Of a DNA stretch of 64,000 nucleotides, positions 10,701-25,139 are shown in pieces (position 1 is the first letter of the stretch; every line of letters begins with the position of its first letter). The stretch lies in contig OZ024741.1 of the NCBI GenBank assembly GCA_964016885.1, positions 354,268,001 through 354,332,000 on the forward strand. Reading direction: 5' to 3'. The position numbers and the translations under genes are program-made. The notes below the pieces were generated by a model, which saw only the letters and a list, made by a program, of their open reading frames with translations, was not told where the DNA came from and searched no databases. The stretch comes from Eledone cirrhosa (taxonomy: Eukaryota).

Positions 10701-10746
<46 letters not shown>

Positions 10747-10924
10747 GAACCTATCTTCAAATTTGGTTTTATTTTCAATGTTAAATACACAAGTGTGTTG
10801 AACAATGAAAATAAAACAAAATTTTGAAGATAGGTTCTTAATTAGTCCATTGTTTTTAAGATCATTTCAAAGGGTTGATTGATCATGGTAAATCGATATA
10901 TTCACTAATAGATGGTGGTTATGT

Positions 10925-11160
10925 CATGTTGATCCAGTTAACTCAGCTGTATAAATGAGTTGTGATGTCACTGGTGCCAAGCTGTATTGGCCATTGCCTT
11001 TCCCTGGGACACCATCGGTGCCATGGAGAGGGGAGACTGGCATGCATGAGCAACTGCTGGTCTTCCATAAACACACCTTGCCCAGACTTGTGCCTTGGAG
11101 AGGAACTTTTTAGGTGCAAAACCATGGTCTCGATATCCAAAATCCATCTCACCATCTTTC
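10925..11160 (+). mobile_element. SINE fragment (3' body of the family at 41506)
   Basis: CCAGTTAACTCAGCTGTATAAATGAGTTG...GGTGCAAAACCATGGTC aligns with 41620-41812. Confidence 0.65.
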
Positions 11161-11639
11161 TCAAAAACAATGAACTTTAATTTTTATTTGTGAGATATAA
11201 AAGGAGGCTGAAATGTGCCAGTCGGATATCTCTATTGGGAGAAATATATAAATGATGAAGGATGCATAAATCAAAGATAAAGAAATAGAAGCAGAAAAAT
11301 CAAAGACAAAAAGTAGAAAAAGTATAAAAAAATGTAGTAGAGAAGGATAAAAAAATACATAGGAGCAAATAATCAAATAACATAAACACAAACAATAGTA
11401 TAATGAATGAGGCGAGAGTTAAGTCATCATAAGGACCCTTTTAAAAGTATGAAACAATAAATGAGTCAAAGTAAGTAAATATTTGAACTGCTTGCTGGAT
11501 GTCAGCCTTGTATCCCAACTACCACTTGTCTGTAAATTGCCATAAAAGATATTCTGATGTGTGTGGCTATAGATGAGCATTATAAATGTGGGGTTTCATG
11601 TACTGAATGGTGTACGTAAAAAATCCTTCCCTCTCAGTT

Positions 11640-11990
11640 GGAATTCACAATGTTCGTCACAAGTATGAAAATATACTCTTGACAGGTGCAATGTGTCCGA
11701 ACACGGAAGAGCCGAACTCCCACCGTTATCGCCTCCATCTCTCTCGCCCTCTCCACCTCTGTATAGTGTGCAAATGGGGTCCCGCGTGCTGGCCACCCCA
11801 CAGCCCCAGCAGACAGAATGGAGAAGGCGTTTCCCTGGAGGATGGTAAGGGAGATGCGCTGGAAGATGAACATTTATACAAAGATACACGTAGGCTTTTA
11901 GAGAGAAAGGGACAGAGCAAGACAACAAAGACAACCTTATCTAATTTGTTGCCGACTATTTTACTTTGCACCGCCATAATACTTATCTCT
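11640..11990 (-). mobile_element. 3' end of a CRE-like (restriction-like endonuclease) non-LTR retrotransposon
   Basis: Minus frame FIFQRISLTILQGNAFSIL resembles the C-terminal 'FQRISIAIQRGNA' motif; the downstream UTR recurs at 26590-26735 (-) and 41240-41440 (+). Confidence 0.6.
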
Positions 11991-12269
11991 GGATATATAT
12001 TTGTACTTAAATCGACCCCAGTGTGTTATTGGTACTTTATTTTATTGACCCCGTAAGAATGAAAAGCAAAGCTTTTAGTAAAATTTCAAATTAGAAATTT
12101 TAGTAAGGAAACAGTCCAATTGAAAATCTAACGTTTTGCTATAATCAATATGGTCTGTAATGTTCTGATTATAAAATTGGTTGTGATATTTTAAAATTTA
12201 ATTAGTCTAGGATGCTAAAATGATGTATTTTTTCAATAAATAAATCAATTTAATAACTGATAAACTTAC

Positions 12270-12372
12270 CAATTTTTACAAGATTTTGAAACAGATTGTT
12301 TGTTTGGAGAGGGAAATAGTTATTGAAAACCATATTGGAACTGCCAATCAAGTCCAACAGAATGAATTCTGT
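12270..12372 (-). CDS. QPCT: Glutaminyl-peptide cyclotransferase exon (probably exon 5)
   Basis: atttttAG|ACAGAA...AAAATTG|GTaagt; 103 nt, phase 0/1; TEFILLDLIGSSNMVFNNYFPLQTNNLFQNLVKI contains the LLDLIG motif. The downstream DDH/WHT exons were not found, so the gene probably continues left of position 1. Confidence 0.9.
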
Positions 12373-13030
12373 CTAAAAATAAGAGAATTGAATAAAATGG
12401 AAAAGTTTAATTTAGTGTCAGATAGACTAATCAATGTTCTCATCATTTTGAAAACTTTTTTTTATCTTATATAGTGTTGCATGAATATAAATAAGTTAAA
12501 CAATAAATAAACATAAACATATAAATAATAAACCTTATGAATTATCAAAGGACTAGAAGTATGAGAAATTTTTAAATGTGGGAGTCCCATATGCAGAAAA
12601 TAACTGTAATAGCAGTTGATCACTGCTATTGAGATGGAAAACATTGGACAGAGTTACTCAATCTTTTCTACTATCATATATAGTGATCAATTGTTATTAC
12701 AGTTATTTTCTGCATTTGGGATCCTCACATTTTCGGATATATATAATAAATGCTTATGCTACAACACAACATTTATTTGAAGATGGGTAAACTTAAAGTA
12801 GATAAAACAACTGTTTTTGAATTAGAAACCTTAGTTCTGAAAAATCTGAACTGATACTAGGACTAAAACTTGGTTCAGTGTGAGTATACTACAGAGCTCT
12901 GGTGTGACACTTTTATGTTACATTCAATAATTTCATTAATATTGCTTTCTGCCTCATATATTTACATTCTTCAGATTCCAATATACAGTATGTTTATATA
13001 TAATAATTTTTTTTCGCACACACGCATATA

Positions 13031-13460
13031 CAATAGAACCTTGCAGTATGAGTGCCCCATTGTACGAGTAATTTTCTGTACAAGCTGAGGCTCATGCGAA
13101 TTTTTGTCTCATAGTACGAGTGAAAATCCGCAGTACAAGCGAGTTTCACGCAAGCGACCGCTAGTTGGCGCTGAACTCCCACACGCTCTCCCAACAAGCG
13201 CAGCCGCCGTTCATTCAGTTCACGTGTTTATCTCATGTGGCTGCATCCCTATTGAGTTTTCCCAGTGTTTTTTATCATTATTTTATAATAATTAGTGGAA
13301 GAAAAACTCATAAAAATGATTTTTGGGTGGTTTTGTGGGGCTGGAACGAATTATTTATATTTTAATTAATTTCAATGAGAAAATTGATTTGTAAAATGAG
13401 TAAATGGTAAAACAAGCTCGGTCATGGGATGAATTAAACTCGTACTGCGAGGTATCACTG
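13031..13460. mobile_element. Tigger/pogo-like MITE
   Basis: TA|CAATAGAACCTTGCAGTATGAG ... CTCGTACTGCGAGGTATCACTG|TA imperfect TIRs with TA TSD. Confidence 0.65.
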
Positions 13461-13559
13461 TATATGTACAGTGCTGAAAAAGTGGGGGAGAATAATAAAT
13501 GAATAGAAAAAAGGGGCAGAGGCTCACACACTACAAGGGGTGCTGGATCTTCCATCTAA

Positions 13560-13740
13560 GAACTTTGGAGGCAAGCCTACACATTCGCAGCATTGTCACA
13601 GGTGATAGCAAAGCTAAAGCAATGGAATAACCAAGCATCCTCATGGGTAGTGGCTGATATATCAATAAGGCGAGCCATCAACAATGGCAAGAACTTTATT
13701 GCCAGCAGCTCAGCTCCCCTACAAATCTCAAATTTTCTGC
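13560..13740 (-). mobile_element. Highly decayed CRE-like retrotransposon C-terminus
   Basis: Minus translation ...EDAWLFHCFSFAITCDNAANV, a degenerate 'WL.QRLS.A..RGNAAS' motif. Confidence 0.35.
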
Positions 13741-15334
13741 AAAATGTCTATCAGTAATTGTTTCTTTATTTAATGCCCTCTTCACAGATTTCATCTATTA
13801 CATAGTGTGTTTGCATATGCATGTGTATGTATGCAAGTGTGCATACATCTGTGTGTGCATGCATGCGTACGTACACCAGAATCTTCTGGATTGAGCATGT
13901 ATGCATACACATGTACAAAACATACCAGTAATCTAGTAAGAGCAAATTTATTTTGTATGCTGATATATATTTATCTCAATTAAAATATATTAAAGTTATT
14001 TCTTATAACCCTGTGTATAATATCTGTGATTGGGTATCCATAGGATATATGGCATATTCTATGAGTGAGTATGTGTGTTCATGTAACTATGTGAAAATCA
14101 TCTTGGATATCTATATATGTTTGTCTGTACATTCATAGATTACTCTATTCACAAAACTGATTGATGGATTCAACATTAAGCTATTTGGAAATTTATCTCA
14201 ATGACACCTTTCAATTTCCAAATTTGTCTTGTACATAGAAATATCTTGTATTCATTTACAGCTATCAGTGTCATATTACATGATAATAACCATTTATTTA
14301 TATGGAATAGTTCTTGTACCCTTTACAATCTATATGTCACATTCTGATATTAATATATATAATGGATGTGGCTTTCCCAAAGCAATAAGATATAAACAGT
14401 TTATTGATTTTATTTCATATCACCAGATTACTTGTACGATTAAACTCTGGGAGTTTTACTCATTCTTTGTCTCCTATTTCTATACCAATATTCAAACTAG
14501 TTTAATGTGATGTATTTGCTTCCTAACAGTTGCAAACCATTAATAATAGTAATTATAAATATATCTCTTCCAACTGCATAAAAAGCTACCTTTGAAAATA
14601 TTTAATAAAAAAGGACATTTGTAAAGAAAATTCATAAAAAAGGACACATGTAAAGAAAATGTTGCTTTCAATAAGTCTAAAAACATAATAAATTTATTTA
14701 TAATATAATTTTAATTACAACTTTAAATATATATTTTCCAACTGTATAAAAAGTTAGCTTTGATAATAATTAATAAAAAAAAAGGACATTTATTCATATG
14801 TAAAGAAAATATTTCTTTGCAGAGCTGTTCTGCTAGAGAACAGGTCACAGGTGGTGGAATAGCGATATGGCCACCAGATATGATGGTTAGTCGCAATATA
14901 AGCGAGCACCTGTCAGACAAATAAGCAACTCCAAACCAACAGCGGTAGACTACTAAGGGAGATAGAACAATGGATGACACTATTAGCTACCAAGAAAACT
15001 CTCACAACCCAATGATGTAGCTAAGATGAGGCAAGTAAAGGCTGCCTCTGAAAAAGCCTAGTCTTTGCAGATCTGAGAAAAGTACCAGATTAGCATGAAT
15101 AAGACCACCAAAACACTGCAATGGGGCTAGATACAATAAATGTTAACCACATCCTCCTCCGTGTGGTTAACATGGGATGTGTTCAGGCATTAGGCAGAGG
15201 GGCATGTTAGAAAAATATATTGCAGTCTCCACTTCATGCTGTAAAAACTGGAAATGGGCCTGCGACCTGTCCTGGAAGGTATGAGATGGATGCACAAAGA
15301 TTGCATATCCCAAGATCCCAAAGAGGGTCTGGAA

Positions 15335-15920
15335 GGGGGCAAACCATAACCATTGGAACCTGGAACATCACAACCCTTACAGGTAAGTAGCAGGAACTAG
15401 CGGAGGAGGTTAGATGCTACCGGCAAAATATAGTCTGGGTTCCCTAAACAAAGTTCTGTGGTTCTGGTACTGTCAATTTAGATGGAGGATGGAAACTCCA
15501 CTATTCAGGTGTGTCACCAAAAATGACTGCATAGATGGGAGTGGAGATATTCATAAGCTCCCAGCTATCTGAATGTGTTATGGATCCCATTAGGAGGGAG
15601 GATTTGTCTCTTGAAGCTTAGGCTGAAACATAAGTCTCTGAGAGTGGTGCAAATTTATCAAACAAGGAGTTAGAATACAGATACTTCCTTGAAATCACTG
15701 CAACATTCGATGCAGTTAAGACTCATACATCCTGATGGGAAACTTCAATGCACATGTTGGCACTGATCGCCTGACATGGAAAGGAGTGATTTGAGTGAAT
15801 GGTGATCTCGATCTAAATACAAATGGAGAGGCCTTATTAGATTTCTGTTCTAGTAATGGACTCCTTTTAAGAACACCTCCTTCCAACACAGCGGCATCCA
15901 TAAATATACATGGTATAAGG
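15335..15920 (+). mobile_element. Decayed AP-endonuclease domain of an Expander/Rex3-like RTE LINE
   Basis: Pieces TIGTWNITTLTGK*QEL, GWKLHYSGV, ILMGNFNAHVGTD..TWKGVI, NGEALLDFCSSNGL, FQH..IHKYTWY with stops and frameshifts. Confidence 0.8.
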
Positions 15921-16203
15921 TAAATCAGAGACCTACAGGATAAAGTTGGAAGCACTGACGGATAAAGAAGTCAGGATCAGGTATGTGGATACGCATGCAG
16001 ATACAAACAGACACACACGCGGCAGGCTTCTATAGTTTCTGTCTATCAAATTTCATTCACAAGACATTATTCAACTCAAAACTATAGTAAAAGTCACTTG
16101 CCCAAGCAATGGGACTGAACTCAGGACCATATGATTGCAAAGAAAGCTCCTTAACCACACAGCCATGCTTGAATATGAATGAAACTTTGCTGCTTCAGGT
16201 TTA

Positions 16204-16785
<582 letters not shown>

Positions 16786-19345
16786 ATGAAGTATGTGTTG
16801 GACCTCCATCATTTTAAATGATGAGTATACCAATTGTTTGGATAACAGAATTACCTGCTCACAGGGCTGGATATAAACTTTGGTGGGGTTTGGGGTACTT
16901 CAGGTTGTGGAGGCCTCTCATACCAAAAACTTAGAATACACAACAAAGCCCCCAATCTGACATATCAAAGTCAGCTTGGTGCAAGTAAATTGCAATTGAA
17001 AAGTTATACATACAGGTATTAAATTCAAACATTTTAACCATTCTATAACTAAAAAGCCCAGCTGAGGGCACAAATAAATTGCTACAGCCATTACTGATCT
17101 TTGTCCAACCCATACTAGGATAGAAAAACAAACATATCTGTAAAGTGTTTGTTGATCAAATGACAACACTATAGATAGAGACAACTTTTCAGTCTGGCTA
17201 TGCATATGACAACTTCTCTACTGCTGGTGCCCTGATAAAATGCACCTGGTACACTCTGTAAAATGATTGGCATTATGAAGAGCATCTAACCAGAAGAAAC
17301 CATGTCAAATATGGAACATATGAGCTAGACATGTTTCTCTGACCAATCTAGTCTCAGACTGACAACCTGTCAAACCCATATTAGCATGGAAAACAGACAT
17401 AAAATGATGATGTTGATGATGATGATGTGAAGTATAAGGGAACCTCATCAGACTGACTTAGTCAGGCAGGGGTGCAATAAATAAATTATTTATGGTCAAG
17501 GCAGTAAATTGTTAGAACATCGGATAAAATGCTTTGCGGTATTCATTCCAAGTTCTCTGCACTCAGAATTCAAGTCATGTTGTGGTCAACTTTGCCTTTC
17601 ATCTCTTCAAGATTGTTAAAAAAGTACCATTCCAGTACTGGGGTTAATTCTTCCTGTATATTTCTTTCTCACTTGCTCTCTTTGGCTATGTTCAGACCTT
17701 GAGAGGGATGGGTTCTGTTCAGCTTGAAATGCACATATATCATATTGGCACGTCTCCATCAAGAATTAAAGACCCATGGCAAAGCATGGCACTATGCCAT
17801 CAGATGCAGTGAGCAAGGGAGAAGAATGGGGAAAGAACCTGTGAAAGAAGATAACACAGGAAGAAGTGGTGAAAGCGGATCAACGGATGCTGAAGTCCTG
17901 CAATTATGACAAGGGGCTGCAACGAGCAAGCGAGCGTGCATGCATGCGTTGGAACTCCATCAGCTCCCACGATGGATGTTCCAGTTGTTCGATCAATGGA
18001 ATTGCCTGCTCATGAAAATAATATGCATGTGGCTGAGCTTTTAAATTACAAGTAGCTCATGTTTACTAGCTGAATGAACTGGAACAACATGAAATAAAGT
18101 GCCTTCCTCAACACTACAACATGCCACTGAGAATTGAACTCAGGAACTTACAAACCCCTAAGACATAAATTGTATCAGCAGAAATATAATGCACCACCAG
18201 CATAGTCTCCTTATATGTAAAATATGTTACTACAATTGGTACTTCTCTGCAAACTTAGATTAGAACACATATGTGATCCAAAGAAAAATCACCATCTTCA
18301 GATTGGAAAATGACAGCATAAAAACAACACAAGATACCATGCTCTGACTTAGTTTCCTTAATCCTTCTTTTGACAAAGGGATTTTATCCTGAAATATTAA
18401 GGACTAATAAACACCTCCAAGATAACATTTCAACAACTTTGTTGTTATTATTTTTAACATTTAATGTCCTACTTGCATTGCTGTAGCTCTCTAAAAAAAA
18501 TACCCCAAAAATATTTTCTACAATATAAGCAAACTACAACACCCCCTTTGGCATTTAAACCAGCTGTATCTGGCCAGAATTCTCACACTTCTTTCTGCTC
18601 AAACTGGCCATAACCAGCTGCTCATATTGACATTAAGGTGTTGTTCTCAAAATAAATAACATCAAAAAATTTGATATGTATCACAAAAATATAATAATAT
18701 ATATAGAATGTAAAAAAATATAATATATATAGAAAAAAATATAATATATATAGAAAAAAATATAATATATATAGAATGTAAATTCTAAAAGGTTAAAAGA
18801 AATGTTATTAATCCGAGTGAAATGATGAATTAGTAGTCTTAACCACTAAGTCATGTAACTTCACAGCCCTAAGCCATGCAAATATAGAAAAATTGAAGAG
18901 TTTCACTAATGGAAGGTGTGAAAACTTGACAGGTGTATAATTATACACTAAGTTTGGTCTTATCTTCACCACTCACCTAACACTTAACAGTTTACCTAAC
19001 ATCTCTAGTAAAGAGTACAGGCAGAGAGTAGGCAACTGAAGAACCTTTTTATCTTTTTCACCCTTTTCGCTCAATGATATACACATGTGTCTATGTGCAT
19101 GTATATGTGTGCTCACGTGTGTACACACACAGGCACACACATACATATATTTTTGTTTTGCAAGGTTTTTTATATGAAATCGTGTGTTGAAACAAATATT
19201 GTTATATTTGGGGAGGGTCATGTTGTTCTAACATTGCCAGGAATAAAACACACTCACTGTTTGGTTTGGATTTCACTTCCGTATGTTATGAGGAAAAATA
19301 ATAGTATCACTGATGATGTCACGTGTGTGATGAAAGAACTTTGAA

Positions 19346-19384
<39 letters not shown>

Positions 19385-21032
19385 CTATATTTTTAATTGT
19401 TGGTCAATCAATGATAAACATTGATTACCAGCTAAATTAACTATAGGGATATAAAACATACGGAAGTGAAAACCAATCCAAACCAAACAGTGATTGTGTT
19501 CATTATATATTTCTGGCAATATTATAACAATATGACTGTCTCCAAATATAACAATATATGTATATATTTATATACACATATACATCATTTAAGTTAGTTT
19601 GATTCCCAACTGGCGGTTCTGGTTGGCAAATCATAATGTAACAAATCAATTAAAGTACTCAACATTATGCAAGTCATCCATCGTAGATGTGGTATCCAGT
19701 GGTTGGTGCAGGGACAGAGTAAAGTATTCATTAAACAAAAACAGAAGGCCAGACTGGAAAATTTGCTTTAAAATTTTTAATTCCGTGAAATCACTGTAAT
19801 ATTTCGATGGCCCAGCTCCATCATCAAATTATGATGCAAGACAATCTCATCAGGTGACATCCACAGAATTACTTAACAGGGTTACCGTTGAACCCAAACA
19901 TATAATGGAATAGAAAATAGAAAATTTGATTTAGGGGACTGCCTGTAAAAAAACTGTTGTATTGGTATGAGGCTACTTGATGCTAGCTTCTAGGACTGGT
20001 AGTTGTGGAGGGGGTAGTTGTGGAGTGGGTAGTTGCGGTCAAGTGATGACACACACCCTTCCCAAAGAATGTCACTCCTTAATTATAATTTTGGCTATGC
20101 TCTCCTGGAGATCTAAAGATTCTAATCTATCAGTCCATTGCCTTAAAGGGGTGCATAGCTATAAAAATATTGTCCAGCAAAGAATAGGGGTTGAGACAAG
20201 ATACAAATATATTAATTTGCAATAATAATAAGAAGACTATAACTTGTTACATAAAGGCAGTTATTTTTTATTTTAGATATCTCCGATGGTTCAGATTTAC
20301 TAGAGTATATTTACATGAATATATGTTTAGAGCTAAAATATGTGTGGTTTATCTTCATCTGGTACTATAGTTGAGTGTATCAGTGAAATCCAAAGTAAAT
20401 AGGCTGTATTCGATCAAGTATATTAAAAAATGAATGGAGGGGAAAATTGATTAATAACAAGTCAATTTTCAAGCACTCTAGGTCCTGACCAAAGTTATTC
20501 TGAACAACCTGTTACTACAAGGACCACAGGTTACAGGTTGATGGATTAATACACCCCACCGATGCTAACATACCGAGGAAGATAGTATGAAGGTGGGCAT
20601 ATAGGTAGTAAACTACATATTTTATGTTACCTCCATGGTGTTATAACTTATAAGAGAGAGGTTTCACAATATCTAACTTAGCTAGAAAAACATAGTCAGG
20701 AAAAATCTATGTTTAGTGGAAGTTATTTCTGAGGTTGATTTAAATGAAATTAAACTAAGTTAAATTAAAATGAAAAATAAAATGAAATTAGTACCACAGC
20801 TATTATTGAATGTAAGGGTCATTGAATATTATATAATATATTATATATGGAGTATACTATATAATATAATATATTATATATGGAGTATACTATATAATAC
20901 ATACAATAAATTATATATGGAGTATACTATATAATACATACAATAAATTGCCATTAGGTGGGATGCAGTAAAGTAAGAAAGTAATAATAACATGCCCCAT
21001 TACAATGAGGTATTAGCAACACGTGGCTTTAA

Positions 21033-21199
21033 CCCTTTATCATTTACATTACTCTATATATACTATTGTATTTTCATGGTAAAGGCTTTATCTCAGAGTA
21101 TCGAATCTAAGAGATTTTGATATTAATTATTTTGAGAAGAGAACAATACCTTAACATCAGTATAAATGGCCGGTTATGGCCGGTTTAAATGCTAAAGGG
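21033..21199. mobile_element. piggyBac-type MITE (family 1)
   Basis: TTAA|CCCTTTATCATTT...AAATGCTAAAGGG|TTAA. Confidence 0.8.
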
Positions 21200-21348
21200 T
21201 TAACGAAAAAGTAGTATACATAGGGAAGAAAATAGATAGAGAAGATGACAGTTAGATGGGAGAGATAGACAGGAACAAAGATAAAAAGATAGAAGGAAAA
21301 AAATGATTGTGAAAGGAAATAAATAAAAAAAGGAATAGATGGACTTAC

Positions 21349-21618
21349 CTTCTGTCTATGTTTTAAGAGACACTGTAATTCTCGAACTAAAGATAGCATT
21401 AATGCACAGGGAACTGCCGAGTCAATCGCACCTATGAACTCAAACTCATAGAATTTCTTGGAATCATAATGACAAGCCAGAATGACACGTTGGCTGGCCT
21501 TAGGGTCTAAGGTAGCAATGATAGTGGAAAATTTCACGTTTCCATTCGGAGTTTCTTGATCAAATTTATCTTCTGTAATTGTCCAACTATCCAAGCTTTG
21601 AAGCTGAGAAATAATATG
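21349..21618 (-). CDS. QPCT: Glutaminyl-peptide cyclotransferase exon (probably exon 3)
   Basis: ccattgcAG|CATATT...CAGAAG|GTaagt; 270 nt; HIISQLQSL...FSTIIATLDP...LACHYDSK...FIGAIDSAVPCALML...HRQK, containing the QC LACHYDSK and GA.DSAVPC (Zn-ligand Asp, disulfide Cys pair) motifs. Confidence 0.95.
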
Positions 21619-22483
21619 CTGCAATGGAAGACATAATAATTGTTATCGTTTTCATCTTATATTCAACTCTTCTGATACCAAACCACCTGAAATTGTCCCT
21701 GATTTTATGACACTAATGCATTTGTTTTAAAGTGTTCTTATTTAAATCTAAACTTCCCATAGTAATTCTAGGTATGAAAATTTTGTTAACAGTTTTCTCA
21801 CTGACGCACAAGACCAGTACTTAATCTTCTGGCCACTCCAGGCACACTAAATCGATGATAGAGTAATCTCCCCTTAATAGCTAATGCAGTGTGAAGGGAA
21901 ACAATTCATAAAAATTTCTAGCATGTTAAAGGTTAATCAGTACTTTATTTCATCAAACCCAGAAGGATGAAAAATGAAGTTGACCTTGTGGGACAACACC
22001 AAAACAGAGTATGGTAACTTGATACAGTAATGCATTTAGTCCAGTACACTAACAATTTTGCCAATCCACTGCCCACACACAAGCTTAATGAGAAAGTTAG
22101 TTATATTACTAAATCCTTTCAAATTCTTGATTATTTTTTTAATAATATAAAATCATATGCTGTGTTTGTCATTAGAAGTATGGTAACAAAAGAGTTAATT
22201 GACATCTTTTTACCCTTTTGATACCCAACTGCTTGGAATTACTTGTTTTGTGAAACAAAAAACACCCATTATAATTTTTTGATATTTATTTTAAAAACCC
22301 TCCATCATACTTTTATGTTTGAACATTTTGTTGAATTATGATCAAAACACCATTTTAATAATGATAAAAACATTTGATTATTTTCAAAATTAATTAAAAT
22401 ATAGATTTAGTAATTAACTATGCAGCTATGTCTACATTCAGGCAATCAAATTAGATTGAGTATAAAATCTTATAGACAGACTA

Positions 22484-22808
22484 CAGGGTGGTCTGAAAGT
22501 CTTGTCACCCCTTGTCACACATTGTTTTAACTTTCATTATTTTTTGTTTTAATAATATAATATATAATATCATTAATTATAATATATAATAATAATAATA
22601 TAATTTTCTATTTCAGAGCTCCTACAGTTTGGAAGAGAGGCTGCTTGCAATTGTATGGACACATGATCGTGTGCATTCTGGCAAGAGCATGGAGGATGTG
22701 CAACATGACTTCACTGCAAGATTCGGCAAACCAGCTCCTCCGAAGAGGAAGATACTGCGATGGGAGCTACTTTTTGGTAGGGGGTGACAAGACTTTCAGA
22801 CCCCCCTG
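22484..22808 (+). mobile_element. Tc1/mariner internally deleted element (MITE)
   Basis: TA|CAGGGTGGTCTGAAAGTCTTGTCACCCC ... GGGGTGACAAGACTTTCAGACCCCCCTG|TA (28-bp TIR, 1 mismatch); internal remnant QHDFTARFGKPAPPKRKILRWE resembles a mariner N-terminal HTH. Confidence 0.85.
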
Positions 22809-24514
22809 TAGATTAATGTTTAAAACTGCATGCATGGTCCCGTAACTCCTGGTGGAGTCACAGGAGCAGTGTATTGAAATATGGCGATTCTAGAGCAATT
22901 TTAAAAACTGGTGGAGCCCATCTCTACAGGTTTGAATACAGCAGATTTCTGCCAGAGAAGGATAAAAAGTGAGAGAAAATAAGTGAGAAAGAGATATAGA
23001 GGAAGAACCGACCCCAGTACTAGACTGGTACTTATTTTATTGACCTTGAATGGATGAAAGGCAAAGTTGACCTCGGCAAGATTTGAACTAAGAGTAAAGA
23101 GCCGAAACGAATACTGAGAAGCATTCTATCAAGCATTCTAATGACTGCCAATTTGCTGCCTTCTTAAAACTGCACTTAATGCTAGAAAATAAATGCTTCA
23201 ATAATAAGCTAGTGGGATAGAATCCGAAACTATGTGATTGTGAATTAAACTTAACAACACAGCCATGTTTGAACCTTAAGTAGCAATAAAAATATGATTT
23301 CTAATTGAGAGACAAATCCATAACAAAGTAACATTGATAAAAGTTATGGAAAATTTTAAAGCAAATCTATACCTTTATTAAATGTTTTTTTTTATTTTGT
23401 TTTTTTGCGTATGGAAGCAATAGACAGGAACATTGTTACAACATAACTGGCATTTTAAGGCAGCAATTTGCCTTGCTAAAGCAGAGATTAGACCTACAGC
23501 TCCCATGACAGGCTTCATACTCATCATGATGTCCTTTTTGAAACCATGTTTTGTGACCAGTGTTTTCCCTGGCACCAAACCTGTGTTAGCTAATGTTGAC
23601 AGTATCTCTCTATACTTCTTCATACACTGCCAGCTCATATTTTAGGGTCAAAATCCTCACTATTCCTTCCGTAATCTATTTCTACCATAGGTATCATCTA
23701 CCACTGACTTGAACACTACCTAGGCAAGATTGGAAAAACCAGAAGATGTAAAAAAACGATGATGATGGTACTTATTTCTATTAAAGTAGTGTAAAAAAAA
23801 GCATAATAGGCATAATAATTTGTATAGTTTTGATAGAACAATGCTAAATTCTGTGACAAGTTTTGAACACTGAACAGTAACCTTTAGCCATTGTCCTAGC
23901 AGTTAATTGGAGAGAGAGAGCAACAAAAGGCATAACAAAGATGTTTTGAAATAAACCTATTTTAAATAATCTATTTAAAGTTACTTTAATTGAAAATGTC
24001 AAAAAACAACAAGGAAAATATTTAACTAAAGAAATTAAATAAAAGAAAAAGAGAAAATATCACTTCACAAACTAAGTGAAGGAAAAAAGACAATACCTTT
24101 ATATGAAAGTTTTAAATCAATATTCTCAAAGTGGATTTACTGATTCTTAAGTGGTTTCATTTTATATATATATACACACACACACAAAAACATATACATA
24201 CATATATAAATATATACACATACATATATATGGGCTTGTACACATACATATATATGGGCTTGTACACACACATTCACCCTCCCTCCCTCCCTTACACACA
24301 AAGGTAAAATAAAATCCACTAAAGATCAAATAAATCACATACAAATAATAATAATCATCATCACTATAATTGTTGTTATATCTATTTTCCATGATGGCAT
24401 GTGTCAGACATGACTTTTCAGCTTGTGTTGGATAAACATTTTTGGTCGCCTCTTACAACAGGAATATAGTGTGCCTATTCTAAAAACTGGGATACACAAG
24501 ATTATATAAAATAT

Positions 24515-24632
24515 AAGGTGAGTGGCTTAGTGGTTAGAGAGTTGGATTTGCAATTGTGGGGTTGCGAGTTCAATTCTCGGACTGGGCGATGCGTTGTGTC
24601 CTTGAGCAAGACACTTTATTTCACATTGCTCC
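24515..24632 (+). mobile_element. tRNA-derived SINE head with CORE-like domain
   Basis: A box TGGCTTAGTGG, B box GAGTTCAATTC, then TGTGTCCTTGAGCAAGACACTT. Confidence 0.75.
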
Positions 24633-25139
24633 TTCTGTCAGGAAGTAGCAATGGAAAATATATATACATTATATATATAATTCCACTGATTTACATTTAT
24701 TTCTTTATTACACAACATCCCCTAATCTTCCAAGGCTTTGTGGCCTATAACCACAGACTTCCTATAGACAGGCTGTCATGCATGAATGGCTTCTGTACGA
24801 GACCAGCATAATTTACCATCTTGGCCATCTTTGCTGAGTTCTAGATCGCTTTTCCACTGGGAGTTGACCAAACACAATTTAACATGATTAAAGTGACGAT
24901 AACACATTTCTTCTGAAAAAGTTTGTGGCAGCCTAAAATAATGAATCGGATGTTTAACAATTCAACAACATTTGGACGTGCGTCTACATGTGAGAACAGA
25001 TATCTTAGGAGCTTCCGATTCCAGAGTCAGGATCAAACATTATTCGATTGTGCCTCGAGCTGATTGGCAGTGAAACATGTAATATGAAATTAAATATGAT
25101 ACAATACTTACTCTTAGTTCCCATTTATTATTATTATTA

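Larger units (their letters stand above)
3547..10701 (+). mobile_element. Non-autonomous Helitron, array unit D, interrupted by a minisatellite and the Tx1 LINE
   Basis: 5' TCTATATATCTAAAAC at 3547; the Helitron module resumes at ~10403; terminal CCCGAGCAACGCCGGG...CTAG at 10698-10701 followed by (TA)n. Confidence 0.78.

Noticed and set aside
19600-20230. Moderately GC-rich unique-looking stretch with short ORFs
   Set aside because: No recognisable protein motif, splice pattern or second copy; cannot be assigned without a search.
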